64,000 nt of DNA from Rikenellaceae bacterium (GTDB lineage Bacteria; Bacteroidota; Bacteroidia; Bacteroidales; Rikenellaceae): the NCBI GenBank assembly GCA_015059715.1, contig SUZV01000003.1:33544-97543 (forward strand). Direction: 5' to 3'. Below are positions 47,682 through 57,985 of this stretch, piece after piece. How positions within the stretch are numbered: the first letter of the stretch is position 1; each line of letters opens with the position of its first letter. The translations under genes were made by a program, and so were the position numbers. A model generated the notes under the pieces. The model searched no databases. It worked only from the letters and a program-made list of their open reading frames with translations, and had not been told where the DNA came from.

Positions 47682-48467
47682 TCAATTGACGATGCTGTCA
47701 TACTTATCCAAGATACGCGCACTGCTCTCATCCGAGATAGCAGCCGTAGAGTCCTGAGAGACAGAGTAGGCAGCTCGCTGCTCGGCCTGTTTCTTTGAGT
47801 CGCCCGTGCCGTAACCTGCCGCGATACCATCAATATAGACCGTAGACTGGAACGTAGGGTGCGAACTATGACCACACCCCTCGTGCGACGTGCGGAACTC
47901 GATAGTATAGTGGTTCTTCTGACACCACTCTATAAGACGGCTCTTAAAGTCGGTCTCGGACTGAAGCATCTCGTCAAGAGAGATGTATCGCGCATATATA
48001 TTATTGATGAGCAGACGATTTACAAAGTCGTAACCCTGATCGAGGTATATAGCACCCATCATCGCCTCGAAGGCATCGCCATAGATATGTTTCTGCGTAG
48101 CATTACCTGCCGCATGCGAGATAACGTGCTTATCGAGGCCTATCGCCGAGGCTATGCGGTTGAGTGACTGGCGCGATACCATCTTCGAGCGTAGCTGTGT
48201 CATAAAGCCCTCGTCGCTATCTGGGAACTCGATGAAGAGGTAGTCCGACGTAACACTCTCGATGACAGCATCGCCCAAGAACTCAAGACGCTCATTATTG
48301 ATATGACTACCATCTTCGAGCTCTACCGAGGCCGACTTGTGTATCAGGGCGAGCTTATATAGCTCAATGTTATGGGGTATAAAGCCAAACATATCGTCAA
48401 TAGCGGCATAGAAGTGCTTGTCGCTACCAAAATGACGACGAAATGGGCGTAGTATAAAATCGAACAT
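47682..48467 (-). CDS. rnc: Ribonuclease III
   Basis: NERLEFLGDAV signature and a C-terminal dsRBD. Confidence 0.9.
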   Translation of the reverse strand: MFDFILRPFRRHFGSDKHFYAAIDDMFGFIPHNIELYKLALIHKSASVELEDGSHINNERLEFLGDAVIESVTSDYLFIEFPDSDEGFMTQLRSKMVSRQSLNRIASAIGLDKHVISHAAGNATQKHIYGDAFEAMMGAIYLDQGYDFVNRLLINNIYARYISLDEMLQSETDFKSRLIEWCQKNHYTIEFRTSHEGCGHSSHPTFQSTVYIDGIAAGYGTGDSKKQAEQRAAYSVSQDSTAAISDESSARILDKYDSIVN

Positions 48468-48485
48468 AGCTATCTATTACTCCAT

Positions 48486-49736
48486 TTACTCGGCAAGACG
48501 GCGGAAGATAACCGTCGAGTTGTGACCACCGAAACCAAAGGTGTTGCTCAGTGCTACATTCACTTCACGCTTGCGCGCTACGCCAAGCGTCAAATCAAGG
48601 TCCGCACCGACCTCTGGGTCGAGATTCTCGACATTTATTGTTGGAGGTATGATGCCCCGAGTTAGGGCCATTATGCAGGCCAAAGCCTCTATTGCGGCAG
48701 CAGCACCCAAAAGGTGTCCTGTCATAGACTTTGTTGACGATATGCTCACCTGACTAAGACGCGAGCCAAAGACCGAGCGTAGTGCCTTAATCTCGGCAAC
48801 ATCGCCCAACGGCGTTGAGGTGCCGTGAACATTGATATAGTCGACAGCCGAGGCCTCGATGCCTGCATCTCTAAGAGCCTCCTCCATCGACAATATAGCA
48901 CCCTCACCCTCGGGATGAGGAGCTGTGATATGGTAGGCATCGGCAGACATACCGCCACCTGCCACCTCACAATATATCTTTGCACCACGCCTAACAGCAT
49001 GCTCATACTCCTCAAGGACCAAAGCACCGGCCCCTTCGCCGATAACAAAACCATCACGCTCCTTGTCGAAGGGACGTGAGGCATGCTCGGGGTCGTCGTT
49101 GCGAGTAGAGAGTGCCTGCATAGAGCTAAAGCCTCCGACACCCGCCTGGATGATGGGGGCCTCGGCACCTCCCGTAACGATGACTTCGGCCTTACCCAAA
49201 CGGATAAGGTTTACAGCATCTATAATAGCGTGGTTCGACGAGGCACAAGCAGAGGTGACACTATAGTTTGGACCCATAAATCCATACTTCATAGCTATAT
49301 GTCCTGCGGCCAGGTCGGCAATCATACGAGGCACAAAGAATGGACTAAACCGAGGGAGTTCGCCCCCCTTGGCATAGTCCATACACTCCTGAAAATAGGT
49401 CTCAATACCGCCCACTCCCGAGCTCCACACAACACCACAGCGACGACGATTAACATCGTCACCAAATGCGGCATCCTCAACGGCCTCGCGAGCTGCAATG
49501 AGTGCAAACTGCGCAAAACGATCGTACTTGCGGACCTCCTTACGGTCGAAATATTGCGACCAATCGTAATTTTTAACCTCACACGCAAAGCGTACTTTGA
49601 AGTTCGAAGCATCGAAGTTTGTAATGGGAGCAGCACCTGTTGTGCCCAACTCCAAATTGCGGAAATACTCCTCAATATTATTACCTATAGGATTAATCGT
49701 TCCTATACCAGTAACCACTACACGCCTCAACTCCAT
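48486..49736 (-). CDS. fabF: Beta-ketoacyl-ACP synthase II
   Basis: RVVVTGIG, active-site SACASS, HGTSTPLGD, and GFGGHN. Start set at ATG 49736. Confidence 0.95.
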   Translation of the reverse strand: MELRRVVVTGIGTINPIGNNIEEYFRNLELGTTGAAPITNFDASNFKVRFACEVKNYDWSQYFDRKEVRKYDRFAQFALIAAREAVEDAAFGDDVNRRRCGVVWSSGVGGIETYFQECMDYAKGGELPRFSPFFVPRMIADLAAGHIAMKYGFMGPNYSVTSACASSNHAIIDAVNLIRLGKAEVIVTGGAEAPIIQAGVGGFSSMQALSTRNDDPEHASRPFDKERDGFVIGEGAGALVLEEYEHAVRRGAKIYCEVAGGGMSADAYHITAPHPEGEGAILSMEEALRDAGIEASAVDYINVHGTSTPLGDVAEIKALRSVFGSRLSQVSISSTKSMTGHLLGAAAAIEALACIMALTRGIIPPTINVENLDPEVGADLDLTLGVARKREVNVALSNTFGFGGHNSTVIFRRLAE

Positions 49737-49782
49737 GACCCTCAAAAAAAACTCTTATACGTATAGGTTGGTAATATCTCTA

Positions 49783-50016
49783 TTACTTGTGTGCCTCGAT
49801 GTAGTTGATAGCATCGCCAACAGTCTGAATCTTCTCAGCGTCGCCATCAGGAATCTGAAGATCGAAAGCCTTCTCGAACTCCATGATAAGCTCTACCTGA
49901 TCCAATGAATCAGCACCAAGGTGAGCTGTGAAGCTTGCTTCAGGCACTACCTCTGACTCCTTAACACCCAACTTGTCAACGATAATCTCGACAACTTTTG
50001 ACTGAATTTCTGACAT
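49783..50016 (-). CDS. acpP: Acyl carrier protein
   Basis: 77 aa with LGADSLD, the phosphopantetheine attachment site. Confidence 0.95.
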   Translation of the reverse strand: MSEIQSKVVEIIVDKLGVKESEVVPEASFTAHLGADSLDQVELIMEFEKAFDLQIPDGDAEKIQTVGDAINYIEAHK

Positions 50017-50125
50017 AATAAATAAGTTTTAGTTAAACATTATAGTAGTAATAATTTATCTACTGTAATTAAGCCTTCCAAAATATTTTTTTGGTCAGAC
50101 GATGCAAAAGTAACACTTTTTTTAT

Positions 50126-50133
50126 TATCTTTG
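50126..50133 (+). promoter_or_regulatory. Putative -7 promoter box for pepE
   Basis: TATCTTTG about 71 nt upstream of ATG 50205. Confidence 0.35.
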
Positions 50134-50204
50134 ACATTATGACGTAAAAAAATTATCAACGTTTTTATAATAACATATATTAACACACTAATATTCAATA
50201 TTTT

Positions 50205-50915
50205 ATGAATTTATTACTTATTTCCAATTCCACCAATGCTGGTGAGCCTTATTTGAAATATCCCATCGAGGAGATAGCAAAAACGCTTAAGGGCGTAACC
50301 GAAGTTGTATTTATCCCCTATGCTGCGGTTACCTTCTCTTACGACGAGTATGAGGCCAAGGTGCAGCAGCGTTTCAACGAAATAGGCATCAAGGTTAGCT
50401 CGGTTCACCGCGCGCTCAACAAGCGCAACTTCGTGCGACACGCCCAGGCTATCGTCATCGGCGGAGGTAACACCTTTGCACTCCTTAAAAAGATGCAGGA
50501 GGAGGACCTCTTGGATATGATTCACCGCCGCGTCAAGGCTGGTGTGCCATACGTTGGCTGGTCTGCTGGTAGCAACGTAACATGCCCCACGATATGCACC
50601 ACAAACGATATGCCTATCGTACAACCCGAGTCATTCCGCGCTATAGGCCTCGTATCGTTCCAGATTAACCCCCACTACTTAGATGCTAACCCCGAGGGTC
50701 ACGCTGGCGAGACTCGCGAGCAGCGCATACTCGAATACCTCGAAGCCAACCGCAGCCGCTATGTCGTAGGTCTGCGTGAGGGTTGTATGCTCCGCATCGA
50801 CGACAACGGCATCGAGCTTATCGGCTCGCGACCAATGCGCATATTCCGCAAGGGTATCGAGACATACGAGGTAAATCCTGGCGACAACATCGACTTCCTA
50901 CTACGCAACAGATAA
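50205..50915 (+). CDS. pepE: Dipeptidase E (peptidase S51)
   Basis: LLLISNS, IGGGNTF, GWSAGSNV (nucleophile Ser). Confidence 0.85.
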   Translation: MNLLLISNSTNAGEPYLKYPIEEIAKTLKGVTEVVFIPYAAVTFSYDEYEAKVQQRFNEIGIKVSSVHRALNKRNFVRHAQAIVIGGGNTFALLKKMQEEDLLDMIHRRVKAGVPYVGWSAGSNVTCPTICTTNDMPIVQPESFRAIGLVSFQINPHYLDANPEGHAGETREQRILEYLEANRSRYVVGLREGCMLRIDDNGIELIGSRPMRIFRKGIETYEVNPGDNIDFLLRNR

Positions 50916-50933
50916 TAGAATACAAAATTCAGG

Positions 50934-51290
50934 ATGGACATCACCACTATAGATATTGGTCAAAGGGGTGAAACGTTAGCCGTAGAGTGGCTCCGCGAGA
51001 GGGGATACTATATCGTCGAGCGCAACTGGCGCATAGGACACTACGAGATAGACATTATCGCCGAGCACTACGACACGCTCCACTTTATCGAGGTTAAGAC
51101 TCGAAAGCCTGGGGCGTGGCAGTCGGCCTACGACAGCATAAACGAGCAGAAGCGTCGCTCGTTGCGGCGTGGTGCGATGGCCTATCGTGCCATATACCGC
51201 TCGCCGCTGCTGCTACAGTTCGACCTTATGGCCGTAACGTTAGACACCTTTGGTGGCTACTCCGTAGAGTACACCGAGAATATACTATAG
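50934..51290 (+). CDS. yraN: YraN-family (UPF0102) endonuclease-fold protein
   Basis: GETLAVEWLRERGYYIVERNWRIGHYEIDIIAE...FIEVKTR. Confidence 0.8.
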   Translation: MDITTIDIGQRGETLAVEWLRERGYYIVERNWRIGHYEIDIIAEHYDTLHFIEVKTRKPGAWQSAYDSINEQKRRSLRRGAMAYRAIYRSPLLLQFDLMAVTLDTFGGYSVEYTENIL

Positions 51291-51382
51291 CACGACATCG
51301 TCACATCTAAAAAAAACGGCACAAGACAAGGCTGTCCAGAGATAACCTTTGGGCACTCTTGTTTTGTGCATAACAAAAGATA

Positions 51383-52624
51383 ATGGGCATACTATACAAC
51401 ATAGGTATCGGTTGCTACACAGCGGCCATCTCGGTGGCCTCGGTAGCCAACGCCAAGGCGCGACTATGGCTCAAGGGGCGCAAAGCACTCATAGAGCGCG
51501 TAGAGAGTGACATGGCTCAAGACAGAAGGCCTAAGATATGGATTCACTCAGCCTCATTGGGTGAGTTCGAGCAGGCACGACCCATAATCGAGCGCATACG
51601 CACCGAGCACCCCGAATACTCAATTGTAGTCACCTTCTTCTCGCCCTCGGGATACGAGATACGCAAGAACTACAGCGAGGCCGACCACATATACTATCTT
51701 CCGTCCGACACACAGCGCAACGCTAAGCGTTTTGTCGAGGCGGTAGCTCCCCGTGCTGCCATATTTATAAAATATGAGTTCTGGCTAAACTACTTATCCG
51801 AACTTCGTCGTCGCAGCACACCCACATACCTTGTCTCGGCGATATTTCGGCGTAACTCGATATTCTTTCAACCTTGGGGGTGGGCGTGGCGCAGAGCACT
51901 CGCCACCTTCGACACGCTATTTGTGCAGAACGACATATCGAAGCAACTACTTGGCAGTATCGGCTACGACAATGTTGTTGTCGCAGGCGACACACGCTTT
52001 GACCGCGTAGCCGCAATAGCCAAGCATCGCCATCCTATACCCATCATCGAGCGATTTAGTGAAGATAGTCGCCTCTTTATAGCTGGCTCGACGTGGGGTC
52101 CTGACGAGCAGATACTTATCGAGCTGATAAACGAAAACCGAGATATACGCTTTGTCATCGCCCCACACGAGATGGACGAGGCGCGTATAGGCCATATCAT
52201 TGCATCGGTAAAGGGTGGTGCTGTACGATATACCGAGTCAACCGACCAGAGCGATTTCGGTAGTGCGCAGGTGCTCATCCTCGACACCATAGGAGTGCTA
52301 TCGAGTGCCTATAGCTATGCTACGTGGGCATATATCGGCGGAGGCTTTGGCGTGGGCATACACAATACGTTGGAGGCAGCCACCTTTGGTCTACCCATAG
52401 CCTTTGGGCCGAAATATAGTAAGTTCCAGGAGGCATGCGACATGATAGAGCTTCGCGCGGCGCAGAGCGTGCGTAGTGCCGAGGAGCTGAAGAGTTGGTT
52501 TAAGCCTCTGCGCGACGATGAGCATCACCTCGAAAGAGCAAGCCTTGCAGCCAAGGGTTATGCCGAGAAGAACTGCGGAGCTACATCGCTAATAACCGAG
52601 GCGATATTCGCGAGCATAAAATAG
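51383..52624 (+). CDS. waaA: 3-deoxy-D-manno-octulosonic acid (Kdo) transferase
   Basis: N-terminal anchor, IWIHSASLGEFEQARPII, and a C-terminal GT-B domain. Confidence 0.85.
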   Translation: MGILYNIGIGCYTAAISVASVANAKARLWLKGRKALIERVESDMAQDRRPKIWIHSASLGEFEQARPIIERIRTEHPEYSIVVTFFSPSGYEIRKNYSEADHIYYLPSDTQRNAKRFVEAVAPRAAIFIKYEFWLNYLSELRRRSTPTYLVSAIFRRNSIFFQPWGWAWRRALATFDTLFVQNDISKQLLGSIGYDNVVVAGDTRFDRVAAIAKHRHPIPIIERFSEDSRLFIAGSTWGPDEQILIELINENRDIRFVIAPHEMDEARIGHIIASVKGGAVRYTESTDQSDFGSAQVLILDTIGVLSSAYSYATWAYIGGGFGVGIHNTLEAATFGLPIAFGPKYSKFQEACDMIELRAAQSVRSAEELKSWFKPLRDDEHHLERASLAAKGYAEKNCGATSLITEAIFASIK

Positions 52625-52655
52625 AGCCTCTGCCTGGTCGAAACATAGACAGACG

Positions 52656-52684
52656 AGGGTGACTATTCCGCCTTTAGTCACCCT
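52656..52684. terminator. Bidirectional hairpin between convergent waaA and the protease locus
   Basis: Perfect 10-bp stem AGGGTGACTA / TAGTCACCCT with a 9-nt loop. Confidence 0.6.
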
Positions 52685-52691
52685 TGCCTGC

Positions 52692-53057
52692 CTAAAATCT
52701 TATCTCAAGGTGTTCAATCTCGCCAAGCTGCTCTATCGTAAAGCTATCGGCATCGGCCATCTGAAACACCGCATCGAAGCTACTTACAGCACTATAGTCG
52801 TGGCTAAGGCCCTCGACGTAGGGCTCAACACAACCATCGCCCCAATCGACAGAGCCCTGAACACCCTCACCACCCCACGTCGGGGAGTTAAGGTGAGCCA
52901 TACTATGCCTAATGGTTAGATTTAGCATCTCTACCTCCGGTTGCTCATCGGGCGTAACTCCTGGGTCTGGCTCGGGAGTAGGCTCAACGACTCGATCAGC
53001 ACGCTTACATCCTGCCAGGACAAGCAGCACAGCTGCCATATATAAAAATCTCTTCAT
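52692..53057 (-). CDS. Small lipoprotein (121 aa) with a Pro/Glu-rich linker and a PKD-like DWGDG...HDY motif
   Basis: Lipobox LVLAGC. Starts 3 nt after the C10 peptidase stop. Contains VDWGDGCVEPYVEGLSHDY. Confidence 0.6.
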   Translation of the reverse strand: MKRFLYMAAVLLVLAGCKRADRVVEPTPEPDPGVTPDEQPEVEMLNLTIRHSMAHLNSPTWGGEGVQGSVDWGDGCVEPYVEGLSHDYSAVSSFDAVFQMADADSFTIEQLGEIEHLEIRF

Positions 53058-53060
53058 AGC

Positions 53061-54800
53061 TTACAAATCTTTAATCTTAAACGTATAGCTCCTACTCTCC
53101 GAGCCATCCTCTCGCTCAAGATATATCGTATAGATATCACCGCGACTGAGGAGGCTCGTATCGATAGTCATATAACGAGGCATCGAGATAACACCACCCT
53201 CCACCTTACTACCAAGTATATAGAGCTCAACACGCACATCCCTATCGTGCGAAATGGTTATCACCCCAGTGCTCTTATCGAACCTCAGCGACGTAGTATC
53301 GCCAATCGTAGGCTGCTTCAAAAGTATCTCCCACTGAGCTTTGTCGGCATAGGGCAGCATCGCAAACCACCTATCGCTCTCACTGCTACGATAGTATACC
53401 CTGAGCCTATCACCAGCAACAATCTCATCCTCAACCGTAGCCACGACACTCGCCACCGAGGTTGCGTAGCCAGCGTCGATAGAGAAGCCGACAGCCTCCG
53501 AGGCCCACGACTTAAACTCACCCCTAATATCACACACGCCCACGCGCACATCACCATCGAAGCTAACAACGGCGGCGTTGACCACAGAGATGGCATCAAT
53601 CGTAAATGGTTCGCGCTCGTTAAACTCTCTTGCCGACGTTGCCATGCCTGGAGCATTCACATAGAGCCAATTATCAACCTCGCCATCACGCATAGGGTGC
53701 ATGCCTAAAAACGCCCAGTGCTCAGTGTCGAAGAGGTATGCATCGAGGATAAGACCATCGATTCTAAAGAAGCCGTTGCTCACACCTCCCCAGCCCCAGT
53801 TGACGTGGAAGTAGTCGTTATCATCGACACCATCGATGACAAAGGCGTGACCCTCCTGATCAGCCGTATAGCCACTATATAGTATAGGCCTATTGGCCTC
53901 TATCTCGCTACGCAGCAGCTCATGCCAGCTCTCTGTCGAATAGTAGTTGCGTATAACATAGTGACACGAGGGGCTGTAGCCATAGTTACTGTACATCGCC
54001 ACGCCATCGGGCAGCGCAGCAGTAGACTCAGCAGCATAGTCCGCCTTAAAGGAGTGGCCAAGGTCAGCCATAAGCATCGCGACAGCCTCGCCCTCGGCCT
54101 GGCTATACTCACCCTCGACATACTCATAGAGCATATTATCCCAGTCGTAGCTATGGTTTAAATCGCGCGCAGGGACCTCAATACCCTTAGTATAGGTGGT
54201 AAAGGGTTCAGCTACACCCTGCGCCCTTACGGGCCAACGATTATAGTGCATAATGATAGCCATGGCTGTCTGCGTACACCCTGTGAGCGACTGCGCATCG
54301 CCATCCATGGGGCAATAGATGTTGTATGGCGCAAACTGACTCCAGCGAGCCGTATTTAGCAATGTAGCATTGACAGGCTGATACGCCTCACTCCACAGCT
54401 CTACAGTAGCCTTGTCGGCCGCGATATCATTATCTCGCACATAGCCTACAACACTATCAACATAGCGTAGCCACGCTGCAAAGTTCTCGGGTAACATATC
54501 GCAGGATGCAACCTTGTCGCTTGTCGAGTATGCCAAGATGGGTGCTACCCTATCGTCGCCAGCAACAATGACAAAGCCGCGACCCGACTCTGGCGTGATA
54601 ACGTAGAACGTGGGCTCTACGCCGTGGCGCGTAGCTATCAACGCGCTACTATCCCATGCCACAACAACATCCTCACCTCGCGTAGCCTGGCCCAACACAC
54701 CGCGTGCAATATCTATAGCGACACACGACGGCACCTCCTTAGCTACCACACCCCCTATCGACAAGATAGCGGCAACAATTATTAGATATAGTCTCCTCAT
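53061..54800 (-). CDS. C10-family (streptopain/PrtT/interpain-like) cysteine peptidase with an N-terminal Spi-type propeptide and a T9SS C-terminal sorting domain
   Basis: Propeptide PTFYVITPESGRGFVIVAGDDRVAPILAYS. Catalytic Cys in LTGCTQTAMAIIMHYNRWP and His in GHAFVIDG...HVNWGWGG. The last ~75 aa (VRVELYILGSKVEGGV...DTSLLSRGDIYTIYLE...YTFKIKDL) fit the Por secretion tail pattern. Confidence 0.85.
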   Translation of the reverse strand: MRRLYLIIVAAILSIGGVVAKEVPSCVAIDIARGVLGQATRGEDVVVAWDSSALIATRHGVEPTFYVITPESGRGFVIVAGDDRVAPILAYSTSDKVASCDMLPENFAAWLRYVDSVVGYVRDNDIAADKATVELWSEAYQPVNATLLNTARWSQFAPYNIYCPMDGDAQSLTGCTQTAMAIIMHYNRWPVRAQGVAEPFTTYTKGIEVPARDLNHSYDWDNMLYEYVEGEYSQAEGEAVAMLMADLGHSFKADYAAESTAALPDGVAMYSNYGYSPSCHYVIRNYYSTESWHELLRSEIEANRPILYSGYTADQEGHAFVIDGVDDNDYFHVNWGWGGVSNGFFRIDGLILDAYLFDTEHWAFLGMHPMRDGEVDNWLYVNAPGMATSAREFNEREPFTIDAISVVNAAVVSFDGDVRVGVCDIRGEFKSWASEAVGFSIDAGYATSVASVVATVEDEIVAGDRLRVYYRSSESDRWFAMLPYADKAQWEILLKQPTIGDTTSLRFDKSTGVITISHDRDVRVELYILGSKVEGGVISMPRYMTIDTSLLSRGDIYTIYLEREDGSESRSYTFKIKDL

Positions 54801-55094
54801 AACTTAAGAAATCCTCTACGGATAAGTAATAGGTTATAGATTGTCGAGGTGCTCTGCGCAGGTTGCTCGACCAACTTATGGCACCCTCTTAAAAAAGGGG
54901 TAACTCCACTAAGGAATTACCCCATAATAGGTCTACTTAAGAGGCTAAAGAAATTCTACTTACAGAGTCGTTATAAGGATTTTGAACCATCTGTGTTAAC
55001 CCTAAAAGGGAGCAGAGCCGCAACTACGCAACCAATAAGACACAGAGGATGGCAAAATATCCCTTAGCGACTTATTAAAGAGCCTCTTAACCCT

Positions 55095-55556
55095 CTACAA
55101 GAGGGGCACAACCTCCAACGAGCGAGTAGTGGTAGCCTCAGCCTTCACCTCCTCTGGAATCTCGCACTTGGTATATACGCTTGCGACGCTTGTATCCTCC
55201 TGGCTATACATCGTGAGAGTATCGCCCTCGACAGCGAACTTATAACCCGATGCCCATATCGAGCCATCGCTATAAAGACCTGTAACAATGCTGCCACTTA
55301 CGTTATAGCTACCCTCGAAGAGCTCGTAAAAGAGTGTCCACGTCTGCTGGTATATCTGGAAAGTAGCGTCATCGTTAAAGGCTACATATACACTGAACTC
55401 TGGAGTCTCCTCATTCCACGATGTAAGTACCCACTCACCTACCAATTCTGAACTTGAAACACCGCCACCAGGCTTGTTCTGGTTGTTCTCCTTGTCGCAA
55501 CCTACGAGCATTGCTGCAAGCAATAACATCATAGATAGTATCTTGAAACTTTTCAT
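55095..55556 (-). CDS. Lipocalin-like small lipoprotein (153 aa), partner A
   Basis: Lipobox MLVGC followed by acidic/polar DKENN. Beta-rich body GEWVLTSWN...YQQTWTLFYELFEGSYNV. Paralogue of 58288..58767. Confidence 0.6.
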   Translation of the reverse strand: MKSFKILSMMLLLAAMLVGCDKENNQNKPGGGVSSSELVGEWVLTSWNEETPEFSVYVAFNDDATFQIYQQTWTLFYELFEGSYNVSGSIVTGLYSDGSIWASGYKFAVEGDTLTMYSQEDTSVASVYTKCEIPEEVKAEATTTRSLEVVPLL

Positions 55557-55589
55557 ATCGTTACTCAATTTTTGCGTTATCAAATTATA

Positions 55590-57587
55590 TTACAACCAGC
55601 CACCAGGAGTTATAGGAGCACCTGTGCCATCGTCGACCTTAACACCTGGACGTACCACCAAGGCGAACTCCTGCTCGGCCTCCATACCGCCAGTAATCTG
55701 TCCGCCACCTACCGTATTGCCGCCAGCGACATATTTTAGCTTGACGAGTGCCGAGCCAGGCTTTGTACACGTAAGAAGGAGCTTGCTACCCATAAAGCGG
55801 CAGTCTGTGATGCCGAGCTTCTCCTTCACCTCCTCTGATATTTCAGACTCAAGCATCTTAACCTGAACATTACCATCGCCAATGTAGTTGCTGATGTCGA
55901 GGATAACCTGCTCGCCGAGAGGCACTGGAATACATGTAGTACCACGCACGGCCATAAGCACACGATAAGCATCGATAAGACCAGTACCCATCTTATTTTT
56001 GTATGAGGTAAGGTTCATAGTACCACCCGTTTCGAAGTGTGCCTTTGAACCATCGAACTCAAGAGCCGATACCGAAGATACGATGATATCCTTAAGCTCG
56101 GGGAGTGTAAGCACGATGCCATTGTCCGCAGCATAAGAGATAGCCAAGGCTGCGATGCCCGACACATGTGGGCAAGCCATAGATGTACCCTGCATAAAGG
56201 CATACTTATCGCCAGGCATTGTAGATGCCACACAACCACTCTCTACTGACGAACCACTACGACGGAAGTACTCACCACCAGGAGCCGAGACGTTACAGCC
56301 ACGGTCGTAGCAAGTATAGTATGTAGGACATCCATCAGGACCTATAGACGATACAGCGATAAGCTTGTTATAGGCTGCTGGATAACCCGCTACAGCCTTA
56401 CCATCGTTACCCGCAGCGAAGATGATGATACCACCCTCGAGATTTGGATGGTTCTTAGTGGTCATAAAGTACTGGAATGCCGTCCACTCTACGCCTGTTG
56501 AGCCACTCTCGAACATATTGTCGTTCGAGATAGCACCTGCCTCGAAACCCCAAGAGTTCTGCAATACGCAAGCACCACGATCTGCGGCATACTCTACCGC
56601 TGCTGCTGTAGCATTTACACCTGCTGCGTTACCGCCCGAGATAATCTGGCATGAGAAGATACGCACACCATCGCCATTGCCCGAACCACCTGCTACGCCA
56701 GCAACACCGAAACCATTATTTGTAACAGCGGCTACAGTACCTGCCACGTGAGTACCGTGACCCTGGTCGCCATTGCGTGTCCACGTTACGCGGCCACTAT
56801 CTACGAAGTTGTAGCCATATACATCATCTGTATAGCCGTTACCATCATCATCAACACCCTCGGTACCATTCTTCTCGGCCTCGTTGACGTGCATATTAGG
56901 CTGCAAATCCTTGTGTGTGTAGCACACACCCTCGTCAACTATCGCTACTACAACATCGGGGCGACCTGTCGTAAGTTCCCACGCTGCAAAGAGGTTGATA
57001 TCGGCACCAGCCTTAGCATTTGGGAAGTCTACAGTGCCATCGTTGTTGTAGTGCCACTGTCGGGGCAGCAGCGTATCATCGAAAGGCACGCCCTCGGCAC
57101 GTGTTGTAGCTATGGTGCTCATATCTATCTCTACGCTCTCTACCTTAGGTTTATCAATCATTGTAGAGAACTGCACACGCTCTACGTCTGCAATCTTTGC
57201 AAGGCTACGAGCGGCAGCGTCGAGGTCTGCATCCTTCGAGAAGGATACTGTATACCAACGGTGCATGTTAAGCTCGCGCTTACGCTCGGCGTTAACCTTG
57301 AGGTTAAATACGGGCTTAAGCTCGTTTGCTCCGATAGATGCCACAGCCTCGTCAAGGGCTATAATGCCCGAGCGAGTAGAGACCTGAGCACTCTCAAGGT
57401 TAGAAGCAGCCTCCTCGCTGACATAGATTATAAGCTCACCCCCGATGGCATTTGCCGAGGTGTTGACGAGCTTTGCGGCTGTAGCCACCTCCTCTGCCTG
57501 ACCATTAGGCTGATCTACAGGGTCTGTGACACACGCTGCGGCCACCATACCCACCAATGCAAGAAGTAAAATTTTGGTTCTATTCAT
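55590..57587 (-). CDS. S8-family subtilisin-like serine peptidase lipoprotein (665 aa), copy A
   Basis: Lipobox VAAAC. Catalytic motifs VAIVDEGV (Asp), HGTHVAGTVAA (His) and GTSMACPHVSG (Ser). Confidence 0.9.
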   Translation of the reverse strand: MNRTKILLLALVGMVAAACVTDPVDQPNGQAEEVATAAKLVNTSANAIGGELIIYVSEEAASNLESAQVSTRSGIIALDEAVASIGANELKPVFNLKVNAERKRELNMHRWYTVSFSKDADLDAAARSLAKIADVERVQFSTMIDKPKVESVEIDMSTIATTRAEGVPFDDTLLPRQWHYNNDGTVDFPNAKAGADINLFAAWELTTGRPDVVVAIVDEGVCYTHKDLQPNMHVNEAEKNGTEGVDDDGNGYTDDVYGYNFVDSGRVTWTRNGDQGHGTHVAGTVAAVTNNGFGVAGVAGGSGNGDGVRIFSCQIISGGNAAGVNATAAAVEYAADRGACVLQNSWGFEAGAISNDNMFESGSTGVEWTAFQYFMTTKNHPNLEGGIIIFAAGNDGKAVAGYPAAYNKLIAVSSIGPDGCPTYYTCYDRGCNVSAPGGEYFRRSGSSVESGCVASTMPGDKYAFMQGTSMACPHVSGIAALAISYAADNGIVLTLPELKDIIVSSVSALEFDGSKAHFETGGTMNLTSYKNKMGTGLIDAYRVLMAVRGTTCIPVPLGEQVILDISNYIGDGNVQVKMLESEISEEVKEKLGITDCRFMGSKLLLTCTKPGSALVKLKYVAGGNTVGGGQITGGMEAEQEFALVVRPGVKVDDGTGAPITPGGWL

Positions 57588-57649
57588 AGTTGTTTTAAGT
57601 TAAATGTTTCAGTTCTGGAGGCATAGCCTAATTACACTCTCTCAAGATG

Positions 57650-57657
57650 CAAAGATA
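57650..57657 (-). promoter_or_regulatory. Putative -7 promoter box for S8 copy A
   Basis: Minus-strand TATCTTTGCATCTTGA. The same TTTGCATCTTGA extension is found upstream of S8 copy B. Confidence 0.5.
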
Positions 57658-57889
57658 TAAAAAAATCGTTAATTGAAAGCATTTGGGGAATAATTTGCTG
57701 TGTAATTAGCAATTGTATTACTCTGTCATGTAATTTTCTAAACGCGAGTAAGTGATGACAGGTAGCGAGATTGAAAAATTTAGGGAGATTAGAGACTTGG
57801 GAAGGGGGAAGGAGAAATGCTCCCCTTAAAAGCTGCTTATTGAATAACCAACACGACCAAATTTTTGATTAGAAGGCTGTAGATGCGGC

Positions 57890-57985
57890 CTTATCGTCCT
57901 ATTGTCTTATCGTCCTATCGTCCTATTGTCCTATTGTCTTATCGTCCTATTGTCTTATTGTCCTATTGTCTTATTGTCCTATTGT
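57890..57985. repeat. Tandem array of 12 octamers CYTATYGT
   Basis: Units read in order: CTTATCGT CCTATTGT CTTATCGT CCTATCGT CCTATTGT CCTATTGT CTTATCGT CCTATTGT CTTATTGT CCTATTGT CTTATTGT CCTATTGT. A T-tract follows, then a degenerate inverted copy (57997-58033). Confidence 0.9.
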
